From contig JBMNLH010000001.1 of assembly GCA_050952625.1 (NCBI GenBank), forward strand, positions 544,001 through 608,000: DNA of 64,000 nt, written 5' to 3'. Origin of the DNA: Bacillota bacterium. Its GTDB lineage: Bacteria > Bacillota > Ch66 > Ch109. Every line of letters starts with the position of its first letter. Position 1 is the first letter of the stretch. The translations under genes and the position numbers were made by a program. The notes beneath the pieces were generated by a model. That model was not told where the DNA came from. It did not search any database and was given only the letters and a program-made list of their open reading frames with translations. Positions 1 through 10,234 of the stretch are shown piece after piece.

Positions 1-1
1 T

Positions 2-682
2 TGGAGCGATGGGATACATACTTTGCCGCAAATGGCCGATGCGGCTCGGGCGCGGGGCTATGAATATATAGCCATTACTGATCATTCCAAATCGCTGCGG
101 ATAACGCATGGGCTTAGTGAAAAAAGGATCTTAGAGCAGCGAAAATTAATCGATCAGTATAATCGGGAGCACCCTGATTTCCGAGTTCTGGCGGGGATAG
201 AAGTGGATATCTTGAGCAGCTCAGCTTTGGACTACCCAGATGATTTTTTAAAAGATATGGATATCGTTATCGCCTCGGTCCATACCGGTTTTAAACAAGA
301 TCAAAAACGACTTACAGAACGGATCTTAACCGCGATAAAGAATGAACACGTAGATATTATAGCTCATCCGACCGGCCGATTGCTGGGACGTCGAGAGCCT
401 TATCCACTAGATTTGGAGGAAGTGCTTGAGGTAGCGGCAACAACGCAGACGGCTGTAGAGATTAACGCCTCCCCGGACCGACTGGATCTGAACGATGCCA
501 ACAGCCGCTGCCTAATGGAACAGGGCGGTTTACTCGCCATCAATACGGATGCCCATGACTGTCATCGTTTGGCGGATATGGAATTCGGTGTAATGACAGC
601 CCGTCGGGGATGGGTAGAGAAAAAATCTGTAATTAATAGTTGGTCCTTAAAAAACCTCGAGCGATGGTTAGACAAAGGCTAA
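2..682 (+). CDS. polX: DNA polymerase X / PHP domain protein, 3' part (5'-truncated by the window edge)
   Basis: Frame is open from the window start. PHP motifs (W)SDG, YIAITDHS, GIEVDI, AHPTGR, EINASPDRLDL, INTDAH and ARRGW are typical of the PolX C-terminal PHP domain. Confidence 0.85.
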   Translation, partial: WSDGIHTLPQMADAARARGYEYIAITDHSKSLRITHGLSEKRILEQRKLIDQYNREHPDFRVLAGIEVDILSSSALDYPDDFLKDMDIVIASVHTGFKQDQKRLTERILTAIKNEHVDIIAHPTGRLLGRREPYPLDLEEVLEVAATTQTAVEINASPDRLDLNDANSRCLMEQGGLLAINTDAHDCHRLADMEFGVMTARRGWVEKKSVINSWSLKNLERWLDKG

Positions 683-927
683 TACTTTTGAGGTGTTATT
701 TATTCTAATATTCATCAAACAATCTTAAAACAATATTAAGCGGGTAGACTTTATATATAATCATTGATACTCTTTGTGATTAACAGACTTCCGGGGGTGG
801 GAAGCTGTTGACTAACAAGCATGACTCCGGTTGATGGTTAGGGCAGTATTCCATGGGTCGTTTGTTCTTCGTTCAGACCTGGCTTGACTCTAACAGCACT
901 GTAAATTAAATAAAGGAGGAAGATGTT

Positions 928-1878
928 TTGAAATTACGGGCAATTTACGAACGGGCAGTTCAACTGGGTATGGAAGCTGATCCGCGAGGGCCAGAGGAGA
1001 TTCAGCGTCTTTTAGAACAGGTTAGAAATGAATATGCTGACTTAAAAGAAGAAGACAAACCGTTTTTCGATCAGGAGCGGTTATTTAATCCGTACAGTGA
1101 TACCCGCATTTTACATGGGGCTGACGATTTAGAGGTGCATAGAATTATTGCCGGGATTGATATGGAGATAGGCGAAGTGATGCTGGCTGACCGGCTTAGA
1201 GAAAAAGGTGTGGGGATTGATTTGATTTTATCCCACCATCCGGAAGGAAAGGCCCTCGCTGCATTACATGATGTGATGCATTTACAAGAGGATATTATGC
1301 ATCAACTGGGTGTACCGATTAACGTGGCTGAGGGGATAATGGCCAGCCGGATTTCTGAAGTCCACCGAGGGTTTTTACCGGTAAATCATAACCGGGCGGT
1401 CAATGCCGCTCAAATCCTTGATTTGCCTTTTATGTGCGTCCATACCCCAGCCGATAACCTGGTCACGCGTTTCCTTAATCAATTATTTGCCGCGAAGAGT
1501 CCACGGACCGTAGGGGATGTTGTCAAGATTCTGAAAGAGGTGCCCGAATATCGGGAAGCTCGTAAGTCGAAGGCCGGTCCGGAGATTGTCGCCGGCTCAG
1601 AGAAAAAACGAGCAGGTCAGATCTACGTCGATATGACCGGTGGCACCAGCGGCCCCGATACAGCTTACGAGAAGTTAGCCCGGGCTGGTGTCGGGACAAT
1701 TGTCGCGATGCATATCCCAGAAAAACACCGAACCGAGGCAGAAAAACAGCATATTAATGTCATAATTGCCGGACATATGGCCAGTGACTCCCTGGGGCTT
1801 AATCTATTTCTCGACCACCTGGAGCAACAAGGACTTGAGGTGATCCCCTGCTCTGGCTTGATTCGCGTATGCCGCTAA
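928..1878 (+). CDS. NIF3/NGG1p-interacting-factor-like metal-binding protein
   Basis: SHHPEG, CVHTPADN and AGHMASDSLG motifs; RBS AAGGAGGA before TTG. Confidence 0.75.
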   Translation: MKLRAIYERAVQLGMEADPRGPEEIQRLLEQVRNEYADLKEEDKPFFDQERLFNPYSDTRILHGADDLEVHRIIAGIDMEIGEVMLADRLREKGVGIDLILSHHPEGKALAALHDVMHLQEDIMHQLGVPINVAEGIMASRISEVHRGFLPVNHNRAVNAAQILDLPFMCVHTPADNLVTRFLNQLFAAKSPRTVGDVVKILKEVPEYREARKSKAGPEIVAGSEKKRAGQIYVDMTGGTSGPDTAYEKLARAGVGTIVAMHIPEKHRTEAEKQHINVIIAGHMASDSLGLNLFLDHLEQQGLEVIPCSGLIRVCR

Positions 1879-1881
1879 CTA

Positions 1882-2111
1882 ACCAGAGGGACGGTTCTTC
1901 CGGCCGGTTTGACTAAAGCGGTTTTATCTGAATCAAAAGACTCCCACTTCTATAAGCGGGGGTTACCTTGTTTAAACTTCAGGTTTAAACTTCAAGTGGA
2001 GTAGAGTCTCAGTAGAGTCTCCATCTGAAGCCTCGATGTTCAGCAAAGCTTGGCAGCCAGAGGGACGGTTCTTCTGGCTGTTGTAACCAACCGGAGGGGT
2101 TGGTTCTTCCA
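1882..2111 (+). repeat. Three REP-like copies of (C)CAGAGGGACGGTTCTTC flanking a mini-IS element
   Basis: Copies at about 1882-1907, 2056-2080 and a degenerate one at 2090-2111. Confidence 0.55.
1922..2050 (+). mobile_element. Non-autonomous ~130-bp IS200/IS605-like palindromic element, copy 1
   Basis: TTTAT|CTGAATCAAAAGACTCCCACTTCTATAAG...GGAGTAGAGTCTCCATCTGAAGCCTCGATGTTCAGC, shared with five other intergenic copies in the window. Confidence 0.6.
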
Positions 2112-2257
2112 ACTGTTGGACAGTTAATACTCTAAAAATAATTACGCTCGTGTTTTAACCCGGTCAGCAGGTTAAACTGTGAACGAGGATAGAGGCTAAA
2201 TGATGTAAACTACCAATCGGGTCTTGGCAGCGGTTGTCTAAATGGAGGTCGTATATT

Positions 2258-5071
2258 ATGGAGTGGGAGATAAGAAATAGTCACTTTCAGGTCCTAGGTA
2301 ACATTAACTATTCGCCTAATAATCGGCCAAAGCTAAAGCCAGAATTGTTAGCACCAGCCGGCGAGATGGCTGCCTTGAAAGCAGCGGTAGAAAATGGAGC
2401 GGATGCTGTTTATTTAGGCGGCAAGGCTTTTAGTGCCCGGGCTTCGGCTGCTAATTTCTCTCATTCCGAATTAATAGAGGCAGTCAAGTATGCTCATTTG
2501 CGCGGGGTTAAGGTTTATGTCGCGGTCAATACCCTGATTGATAACCAAGAGATGGCTGAGGCCTTGGAGTATGCTTTCTTTTTACACCAGATTGGCGTGG
2601 ATGCTTTGATTATCCAGGATTTAGGTCTTTTGTTTGCCTTGCGTCGGGTGTTGCCGGAACTAAAGCTGCATGCCAGCACGCAAATGACCATTCATAATGC
2701 TGAGGGAGTCCGTTTTTTAGCTAAATGGGGGGTAGACCGGGTTGTCTTAGCCCGGGAGGTTTCCCTGGAGCAAATCGCCCGGATTCACGCACAGACTAGC
2801 TGTGAACTGGAAGTATTTATTCACGGGGCCTTGTGCATCAGCTATTCCGGGCAGTGCCTGCTGAGCAGTTTTATTGGCGGGCGCAGCGGGAATCGAGGCC
2901 GGTGCGCCCAGCCCTGCCGCTTAGCCTACAGTCTGGAACCGGCCGGGACCGAATCCACAAAGCCCCCAGCCAGGGGTGAGACCAGCCATCTATTGAGTAC
3001 GCGTGACTTAAACAGCCTGGAGTTATTACCCCAGTTGGTCAAGGCCGGCGTTAGTTCTCTGAAGATTGAGGGCCGAATGAAACGACCTGAGTATGTCGCC
3101 ACGGTGGTTCGGATCTATCGTCAAGCTCTAGATCGTCTTTTCGATAACCCGGCAGATTTTCAGGTTAACGCCGCAGAGAAACGCGACCTGGAGCAAATAT
3201 TTAATCGAGACTTTACTCCCGGTTATCTACTAGGTAATCCTGGGGGTAACTTAATGAGCCATCAGCGGCCTAATAACCGGGGTGTTTATTTGGGTCGAGT
3301 CATCCACTATGACCGTCAAAATAAGCAGGCCCGCATCAAATTGGAGGATACTTTGCGTTGTGGTGATGGCATTGAGATCTGGGTCACTAAAGGCGGTCGC
3401 CAGGGATTGACCGCGAATAAGCTGCTGGTCAAAGGGACACCACGGGAAGAAGCATATGCTGGAGAAGAAGCAATTATTGCTGGCGAAGCGGCGATGCACC
3501 CGGGTGATCGGGTTTTTAAGACTTATGATGGGCAACTAATGAGCCGGGCTCTAGAATCTTTTCGCCAACCCCAACGCCGGATTCCGTTGCGCGTTAAGGT
3601 TACGGCCGTAGTGGGGGAGCCGCTGGTCCTGGAAGCAGCAGACCCGGATAACAACCGGTGTCGGGTGGCCACTGAATTTATCGGGCAGGTTGCGGAACGC
3701 CGTCCCCTGACCCAGGATTTAGTTTATCAGCAGCTAAACCGGTTGGGTAATACCGTTTTTTGTTTAGACCAGCTCGAATTTGACTTAGCTCCGGATGTGA
3801 TTATCCCAGTTAGTGAGCTTAATCAGGTTCGCCGGAAAATGGTCGCAGAACTAGAGGAAAAAAGGTTAACCCGGGCTCGAGGACCGGAAGTCTCCCAAGC
3901 TGAGTTTCGGGAGCGGCTCCGAAAAGCCCCGGAAATGGATTCGAGACCAGGAAAAACAAAAACTAGGGCAACAATTGAAGCCGCCCAAAAAGAAAGTTCC
4001 CGGAACACAAGAAATAAACCAATGTCTGAAAATACACAAACGACCGAGGTGTCGGCTGCTGTGGTCAGCCAGTTGCCGAGGCTTTCGGTAGCTGTTGGTG
4101 ATCTGGCATCTGCCTGGGCAGCCTTAGTGGCCGGCGCAGATCAGATTTATTTACCGGAGGTTTCCTTCCGCAGTAAAGCCAGGGCAGACCGACACTTACT
4201 AGATAAGCTGATTGAGTCCGGACGGCAAAGAAAGGTTCGGCTGTTGGCGACCCTGCCGCGAATTATGGCGGAAACCGACCGGGAACGGGTCCAGCGTCGG
4301 ATTGAGGAATGGGAAAAGGTAACCCGGGAGGGAGCGTCAAATTTGGGCTGGTTGGTGGGCAACCCCGGGGGGATTGAGCTGCTGTTGAATCAGCCTAAGA
4401 CATTACTTTATGCTGACTATCCATTGAACTGCTTTAACACCGATGCAGTTCAAACCCTCTTACAGCTAGGGTTGACGCAGGTCACCCTTTCGCCGGAGCT
4501 GAACTATGAACAGCTTAAGGCCTTTGCCTTTAAACCAGCGGCGTTAGAGGTGATCGTCCATGGTTCCTGGCCGCTGATGGTTTCCGAACATTGTGTGGTG
4601 GGAGCAGTCCGCGGCCGGCGGGCTACAGACCAGCCTTGTCAGGGGCCGTGTCCGGGACAAAACTTTTCTCTCAAAGACCGGCTGGGGTTTCTTTTCCCGG
4701 TGGAAATGGATGAGAATTGTCGGATGTATCTATATAACCCAAAAGTTTTAGATCTAATTGACAATTTGGATCGTCTGACTTATCTAGGTTTTGGTTCTTT
4801 GCGGCTGGAGGTCCGACGGGAGTCGCCTGAATACGTCCGGGAAACGGTTCAAGTGTACCGCGAGGAATTAAACCGCTTGCCGGAAGTACTGGCTAAACAA
4901 GCCGGACCTGATCGGTTCGGTTGGACTATCGGCCAGTTGACTGACAGACGGTTTACTGAAGCGGGATTGAGCTATACTCCGCTCGCAACCAATCGAGAGA
5001 GGCTCAAACGACTGGCCCCGGCTGGTTTGACCCGAGGGCACTTTTATCGAGGGGTAGTCGCGGTGGAGTAA
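2258..5071 (+). CDS. U32 family protein with DUF3656-type extension (RNA hydroxylation family)
   Basis: ELLAPAG, GADAVYLGG, HGALCISYSGQCLLS, NRGRCAQPCR and SLKIEGRMK motifs. ATG at 2258 follows GGAGG (ORF track starts at 2234). Confidence 0.85.
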   Translation: MEWEIRNSHFQVLGNINYSPNNRPKLKPELLAPAGEMAALKAAVENGADAVYLGGKAFSARASAANFSHSELIEAVKYAHLRGVKVYVAVNTLIDNQEMAEALEYAFFLHQIGVDALIIQDLGLLFALRRVLPELKLHASTQMTIHNAEGVRFLAKWGVDRVVLAREVSLEQIARIHAQTSCELEVFIHGALCISYSGQCLLSSFIGGRSGNRGRCAQPCRLAYSLEPAGTESTKPPARGETSHLLSTRDLNSLELLPQLVKAGVSSLKIEGRMKRPEYVATVVRIYRQALDRLFDNPADFQVNAAEKRDLEQIFNRDFTPGYLLGNPGGNLMSHQRPNNRGVYLGRVIHYDRQNKQARIKLEDTLRCGDGIEIWVTKGGRQGLTANKLLVKGTPREEAYAGEEAIIAGEAAMHPGDRVFKTYDGQLMSRALESFRQPQRRIPLRVKVTAVVGEPLVLEAADPDNNRCRVATEFIGQVAERRPLTQDLVYQQLNRLGNTVFCLDQLEFDLAPDVIIPVSELNQVRRKMVAELEEKRLTRARGPEVSQAEFRERLRKAPEMDSRPGKTKTRATIEAAQKESSRNTRNKPMSENTQTTEVSAAVVSQLPRLSVAVGDLASAWAALVAGADQIYLPEVSFRSKARADRHLLDKLIESGRQRKVRLLATLPRIMAETDRERVQRRIEEWEKVTREGASNLGWLVGNPGGIELLLNQPKTLLYADYPLNCFNTDAVQTLLQLGLTQVTLSPELNYEQLKAFAFKPAALEVIVHGSWPLMVSEHCVVGAVRGRRATDQPCQGPCPGQNFSLKDRLGFLFPVEMDENCRMYLYNPKVLDLIDNLDRLTYLGFGSLRLEVRRESPEYVRETVQVYREELNRLPEVLAKQAGPDRFGWTIGQLTDRRFTEAGLSYTPLATNRERLKRLAPAGLTRGHFYRGVVAVE

Positions 5072-5164
5072 TTCATTCAGCTTCGCTGAACATTGAAACT
5101 TCAGATATAGAGACTTTATTCGACCTGAAGTTACCCCCACTTATAGGTGTGGGAGTCTGTTGAT
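5068..5164 (-). mobile_element. Non-autonomous IS200/IS605-like element, copy 2 (inverted)
   Basis: TTCAGCTTCGCTGAACATTGAAACTTCAGAT...CCCCCACTTATAGGTGTGGGAGTC matches the reverse complement of copy 1. Confidence 0.55.
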
Positions 5165-5242
5165 GCATATATAGTATTATCTAATGATTGAATCTTGCAG
5201 GTCCGAATGCTAGAATGAATGCATTTGGTAGGGGGGATATTG

Positions 5243-7702
5243 ATGCTGGAACGGACACTGCAAAAGCTGGAATTTGATAAGTTGCTGGAAAAATTACAAG
5301 CACACTGTACTTGTAGCCTGGGCCGAGAGAAGGCCGAGGCTTTACTTCCGTCTATTCAATTACCGGTAATCATCAATTGGCAGCAAGAAACTTCGGAAGC
5401 TAAGGAAATCCTGCGGCGCGATCCTTTGCTCCCGCTGGGCGGGATCTGGGATATTCGGGCCGCTTTATGGAAAGCGGAAATGGGGGGCATTTTGGATCCC
5501 TCAGAATTACTCCAGGTTAGCTCGACACTGGCGGTGAGTCGCCGGTTAAAACACTTTTTACTGGGACGAACTGCTCCCGAGACTATAATTGGTCAATTAG
5601 CCGGTCAGTTAGGGATTTTTCATGAGCTGGAAAAAAAGGTTGAGGAATGCATCAGTGATGAAGCTGAGGTCAAGGATTCAGCTTCCCCGACCTTGCTGCG
5701 GCTCCGGCGTCAATTAGCAGTTTTACAAAGTCGGGTCCGGGAGAAGCTGGATAGTATTTTACGTCAGACAGAGCTGCAAAAATATCTGCAAGAAGCTATT
5801 ATTACGATGCGTGGGGATCGGTACGTGGTCCCGGTCAAACAAGAGTATCGTCACCAAGTCCCCGGGATAATTCATGATCAATCCGCCAGTGGGGCTACCG
5901 TTTATATTGAACCGATGGTGGTCGTGCAAATTAATAACGAGATTCGGCGGCAACAGGCAGAAGAACGGGAAGAGGTGCGGCGCATTTTACGCGAGCTAAC
6001 TGGACAAGTAGGGGCACAGACCATTGAAATTCGCGAGACCCTGGATGGATTGGCCCAACTCGATTTTGCCTTTGCCAAGGCGAAGCTCAGTCACGAGCAA
6101 GACGGCCTGGAACCGGTTTTAAACAATGCCGGTTGGCTGGATATTCATTTAGGTCGTCACCCATTGATCTCAGGCCGGGTCGTGCCGCTTTCAGTAAGCC
6201 TGGGGAAAGATTTTAATACCCTGGTGGTAACCGGGCCCAATACTGGGGGAAAAACAGTGGCCTTGAAGACGATTGGTTTACTCACCTTGATGGCTCAAGC
6301 TGGTCTGCACGTCCCGGCGGACCAGGGAACCTGCCTCAGTGTCTTTGAGCAAATCTTTGTGGACATCGGCGATGAGCAAAGTATTGAACAGTCATTAAGT
6401 ACCTTCTCATCCCATATGACCAATATTGTTGAAATCCTGCAACAGGTTAATGAACGCAGCCTGGTTTTACTAGATGAACTGGGGGCCGGTACAGATCCAA
6501 CCGAAGGAGCAGCCCTGGCCATTGCCATTTTAGAGCATCTGCTGGCTCAAGGGGCGCGAACTGTCGCCACTACCCACTACAGTGAGTTAAAAGTTTTCGC
6601 TTACAATCAGGCGCAAGTAGAAAATGCCTCGGTCGAATTCAATGCGGATACCCTGCAACCAACTTATCGGCTGCAATTGGGACTACCGGGTAAGAGCAAT
6701 GCCTTCGAGATTGCTGCCCGACTGGGACTGCAAGCGAGTATTGTTGAGGCGGCCCGGGGATACCTCTCGGCCGAGGAACTCCAGGTCGGAGATTTAATCC
6801 AAGATTTGAAGGAATCACAGCGAAAGAGTGAAGAAAATCAGCGAGAGACAGAAAAATTGCGACAAATGCAAGAGCGCGAGGAAGCAGAACTACGTCGGCG
6901 ACAAAGTGCCTGGCAGGAAAAAGAAACCCGCTTATTACAGCGGGCTCAAGAAGAAGCCATTGAGATCGTGCGGCAAGCGCGGAATGAAGCTGATCAAATT
7001 GTCCGTCAACTGCGGCAAATGCAAAAGGAGGCCGTTGACAAGGAAACACTTCGGCGGGCTCAAGAGGCGCAGGAACGCTTGCGGGATCGGGCTTCTCAAC
7101 TATATGAAGCCTGGACCAAGGTTTCAGACGAGGTTAACGAACGCTTGGGTCTGGTTGAACCTGAAGAACATACAGCTTTAAGTGACAACGGACAGCCAAA
7201 GATAGCATCAGACCAAGCGAAAAAGGCTCGGAAACGTTTGGGGCAGTTTAAACCAGGTGATCCGGTGCTAATTCCCCGGTTAAATCAGCGGGGCTATGTT
7301 TTAACAGCCGATTCCGCCACCGGAGAGGTACAGGTGCAGGCTGGTATCTTAAAAGTCACGGTTAAAGCAGCGGAGCTTCGGCCAGTTCAGGAGAAAACAG
7401 AGTATCGGGATTATTCCGGGTTAGGGAACCTAATGGCTTCAAAATCTCGGGAGATTTCGCCGGAAGTTCATCTGCGCGGGATGTTAGTCGATGAGGCTCT
7501 CATAGAATTGGAGAAATACCTGGACGATGCCTACTTGGCCGGGATGGCCGAGGTGCGGGTGATCCATGGTAAGGGGACCGGGACACTCCGGTCAGCGGTC
7601 AAACAATACCTGGCCAATCACCCGCACGTTAGCTCCTTCCGGTTAGGCGGTTATCAGGAGGGAGGCATTGGAGTCACGGTGGTTCAGTTAAAAAGCGGTT
7701 AG
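5243..7702 (+). CDS. mutS2: Endonuclease MutS2
   Basis: HDQSASGAT, P-loop TGPNTGGKT, DIGDEQSIEQSLSTFS, LDELGAGTDP, and a C-terminal Smr domain (HLRG...IHGKGTG). Confidence 0.95.
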   Translation: MLERTLQKLEFDKLLEKLQAHCTCSLGREKAEALLPSIQLPVIINWQQETSEAKEILRRDPLLPLGGIWDIRAALWKAEMGGILDPSELLQVSSTLAVSRRLKHFLLGRTAPETIIGQLAGQLGIFHELEKKVEECISDEAEVKDSASPTLLRLRRQLAVLQSRVREKLDSILRQTELQKYLQEAIITMRGDRYVVPVKQEYRHQVPGIIHDQSASGATVYIEPMVVVQINNEIRRQQAEEREEVRRILRELTGQVGAQTIEIRETLDGLAQLDFAFAKAKLSHEQDGLEPVLNNAGWLDIHLGRHPLISGRVVPLSVSLGKDFNTLVVTGPNTGGKTVALKTIGLLTLMAQAGLHVPADQGTCLSVFEQIFVDIGDEQSIEQSLSTFSSHMTNIVEILQQVNERSLVLLDELGAGTDPTEGAALAIAILEHLLAQGARTVATTHYSELKVFAYNQAQVENASVEFNADTLQPTYRLQLGLPGKSNAFEIAARLGLQASIVEAARGYLSAEELQVGDLIQDLKESQRKSEENQRETEKLRQMQEREEAELRRRQSAWQEKETRLLQRAQEEAIEIVRQARNEADQIVRQLRQMQKEAVDKETLRRAQEAQERLRDRASQLYEAWTKVSDEVNERLGLVEPEEHTALSDNGQPKIASDQAKKARKRLGQFKPGDPVLIPRLNQRGYVLTADSATGEVQVQAGILKVTVKAAELRPVQEKTEYRDYSGLGNLMASKSREISPEVHLRGMLVDEALIELEKYLDDAYLAGMAEVRVIHGKGTGTLRSAVKQYLANHPHVSSFRLGGYQEGGIGVTVVQLKSG

Positions 7703-10066
7703 CTAATCATCATCATCGTCGTCATCATCATCATTGTGCCTGTTTTTGTTATTGTTGTTTTTACCGTTGGCCTGGTCTTTATTGTCTGAATTGTTTATCT
7801 CAGAGATAGCTCCGTTACCGCCACGATTCGGATTATATGGATCATGATTGTTTGGCCAAGGCCAAACCGCGTTTGGCCCATGCAGGGTACAGGATTCCCA
7901 GGGCAGATCATCCTCTTTAGGTTCACCCGGCGGGGGTCCTGTCTCAGACCGTTTGACAAATACTTCTGTAATTCTGGTTGGGCAGTAAACCGTCGCCAAC
8001 TTTCCTGACTCCGCGCAAATCTCGGCCTGGACATGCATTGAGCAGACTTCTGTCGGCACTTTTCCCTGGGCAAATATTTCTTTAACTAGGTTCTCAGCCG
8101 GGCAGATACCATTCGATAGCTTGCCGGAAACTTTGCACACAGTCGCCTCGGTTAAACCAGCCGGGACCGGGAAAGAGTGAACCGGAATCCCTTCGTGGGC
8201 TTTGGTCATGACTGCTTTCCAGATGGGACCCGGGTAGTTCCCGCCATAGACGCTTTTCATCGACATGTTTTGGTTATCATAACCCATCCAAACCGCTGCA
8301 GCAAAATCCGGTGTGTATCCGACAAACCAGGCATTCGTATCATCATTAGTGGTGCCAGTTTTTCCAGCCGCTGGTCGACCAAAGGCAGCCCTTGCGCCGG
8401 TGCCTGGCGGGACCATGACACTTTGTAAGAGATGGGTCATCAGGTAAGCACTCTGGGGATCCATGACAACCCGCTGTTGTGGGCGATGCTCATAAATTAT
8501 CTGGCCATCTTTATCGGTTATTTTAGAAATGGCAAATGGTTCATTATATACACCCTGATTAGCAAATACCGCATAGGCAGCGGCCATTTCCAAGGGAGTT
8601 ACCCCATGGGTAAGACCGCCTAGGGCTAGGGAAAGATTAACGTCGTTTTTTGCTCCTTTGGATACCAAGGTCGAAATGCCCATACTTTCAGCAAATTTCA
8701 GTCCTTCAGCCGGGCCAAGGATATCTAGCATTTTGACAGCGTAAGTATTGACAGATAGTTGGACCGCCGTTCGCATTGTTATCGGCCCTAAATACTGATT
8801 GTTATAGTTGCGAGGTGTCCAATTGGTTCCGCCCACTGAATAAGTAACCGGGGAATCTTCTAGTACCGTGCCCGGACCAAAACCCTTGATTAGAGCGGGC
8901 GCGTAAACAGCAATTGGTTTAAATGAGGACCCGGGCTGACGTTTGGCATCAGTCGCTCGATTAAAGCTTCGTTTCTGATCAACTTTGCGACCGCCGACTA
9001 GAGCTTTAATTTCTCCATTTTTGGGATTAACGACCGCAATGGCGGACTGAATAATATGCTCATTTTTACTTGGGGGAAAGTACTTATCTTGCGCATAAAT
9101 ATCTTCCGCGGTTTTTTGGATTTTACTATCCATGGTCGTAAAAATGCGTAAACCATCATGGTACATCGCCTGTTCTGGGTTATCTACTCCGCTTTTTTCC
9201 AGAATATCGACGCCTTCTTCAAAAACATAGTCAATAAAACACTGGTAGGCATTTTTATTAGCAGCCTCCCCTTCTTTTTTAACTAACTTGAAGGGTTCAT
9301 CTTTAGCCTGTTTGGCCTGAGCTTCATTAATATAACCACAGGTCACCATCCGATCTAGAACGGTAGCCTGTCTATCTTTCGCTGCTTCTGGGTGGCGGTA
9401 GGGAGAGTACCGTGCCGGTCCTTTAGCTAGCCCGGCCAGCATGGCACTTTCACCTAGTTCCAGATCTTCCACTTTTTTGCCAAAATAGTACTGAGCTGCT
9501 GCCTGTACGCCATAGGCACCACCGTCAAAGTAAATGCGATTTAAGTACATTTCTAGAATTTCGTCTTTGGTGTATTTCCGTTCCATTTGGACCGCTAGGA
9601 CCAGTTCCTGGATTTTTCGTTCTAATTTCTTTTCTTTGCTTTGATCAAAAAACGCATGATTAACTAACTGGATGGTAATCGTGCTGCCGCCCTCTGAACC
9701 CCAGCCCCCAACAATATTGGCGACAACAGCTCGGGCGATGGCATCTATCCGAAAACCGGGGTGATCATAAAACTTGTCATCCTCTGTGGCGAGAAAAGCA
9801 TTCTTCAAGTGATCCGGCATCCGGCTTAACTTAACTTCTTCCCGGTTTTCAACATAATGTAATCGCGAGACCAATTCGCCCTGGCTATCATAGATAAAAG
9901 TAGATTCAGAGGCATTGAGTTTACTAGGATCCCATGCCGGCATATTCTTGATTGCTCCGACTACATAACCAAGACCTACCCCGCCAAACATAAAGACAAC
10001 CAGCATTAGAACAAGCAAAACAATTCGGCTGGGTTTAAGCTTTCGTTTTGGTCTTTTTTCTTCCAC
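7703..10066 (-). CDS. Class A penicillin-binding protein (transglycosylase/transpeptidase)
   Basis: N-terminal TM; GT51 motifs EDDKFYDH, GGSTITIQL, RKIQE; transpeptidase motifs SSFK, SVN, KTG; Asn/Asp-rich tail. Confidence 0.93.
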   Translation of the reverse strand: MEEKRPKRKLKPSRIVLLVLMLVVFMFGGVGLGYVVGAIKNMPAWDPSKLNASESTFIYDSQGELVSRLHYVENREEVKLSRMPDHLKNAFLATEDDKFYDHPGFRIDAIARAVVANIVGGWGSEGGSTITIQLVNHAFFDQSKEKKLERKIQELVLAVQMERKYTKDEILEMYLNRIYFDGGAYGVQAAAQYYFGKKVEDLELGESAMLAGLAKGPARYSPYRHPEAAKDRQATVLDRMVTCGYINEAQAKQAKDEPFKLVKKEGEAANKNAYQCFIDYVFEEGVDILEKSGVDNPEQAMYHDGLRIFTTMDSKIQKTAEDIYAQDKYFPPSKNEHIIQSAIAVVNPKNGEIKALVGGRKVDQKRSFNRATDAKRQPGSSFKPIAVYAPALIKGFGPGTVLEDSPVTYSVGGTNWTPRNYNNQYLGPITMRTAVQLSVNTYAVKMLDILGPAEGLKFAESMGISTLVSKGAKNDVNLSLALGGLTHGVTPLEMAAAYAVFANQGVYNEPFAISKITDKDGQIIYEHRPQQRVVMDPQSAYLMTHLLQSVMVPPGTGARAAFGRPAAGKTGTTNDDTNAWFVGYTPDFAAAVWMGYDNQNMSMKSVYGGNYPGPIWKAVMTKAHEGIPVHSFPVPAGLTEATVCKVSGKLSNGICPAENLVKEIFAQGKVPTEVCSMHVQAEICAESGKLATVYCPTRITEVFVKRSETGPPPGEPKEDDLPWESCTLHGPNAVWPWPNNHDPYNPNRGGNGAISEINNSDNKDQANGKNNNNKNRHNDDDDDDDDD

Positions 10067-10185
10067 CCTTTGTTCCCCCTTGTGGACAATAACTCAAATC
10101 TCCAACGACATCTTGGTTAGGCTTATTATAGCATAAACAACAAAAAGGAACACGGTTTGGAAAGAGAACCAAGTCCCTGATTGAC

Positions 10186-10214
10186 TTGAAAAGCCTGGAA
10201 GGTTATGCTATTAT
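10186..10214 (+). promoter_or_regulatory. Putative sigma-A promoter of tyrS
   Basis: TTGAAA-N17-TATTAT with a TG extension, directly upstream of the RBS GAGGAGG. Confidence 0.55.
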
Positions 10215-10234
10215 GCCCCTGAGGAGGGAGCACT

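Noticed and set aside
1880-2115. CRISPR array suggested by repeated GAGGGACGGTTCTTC
   Set aside because: Only 2-3 degenerate copies with irregular spacing and no cas genes; better explained as REP-like repeats.
7700-7705. mutS2 and PBP stop codons abut with no gap
   Set aside because: Compact convergent arrangement with no further signal.
10067-10234. T-box leader for tyrS
   Set aside because: No T-box consensus or terminator is visible, and the candidate promoter lies about 20 nt from the start codon, leaving no room.
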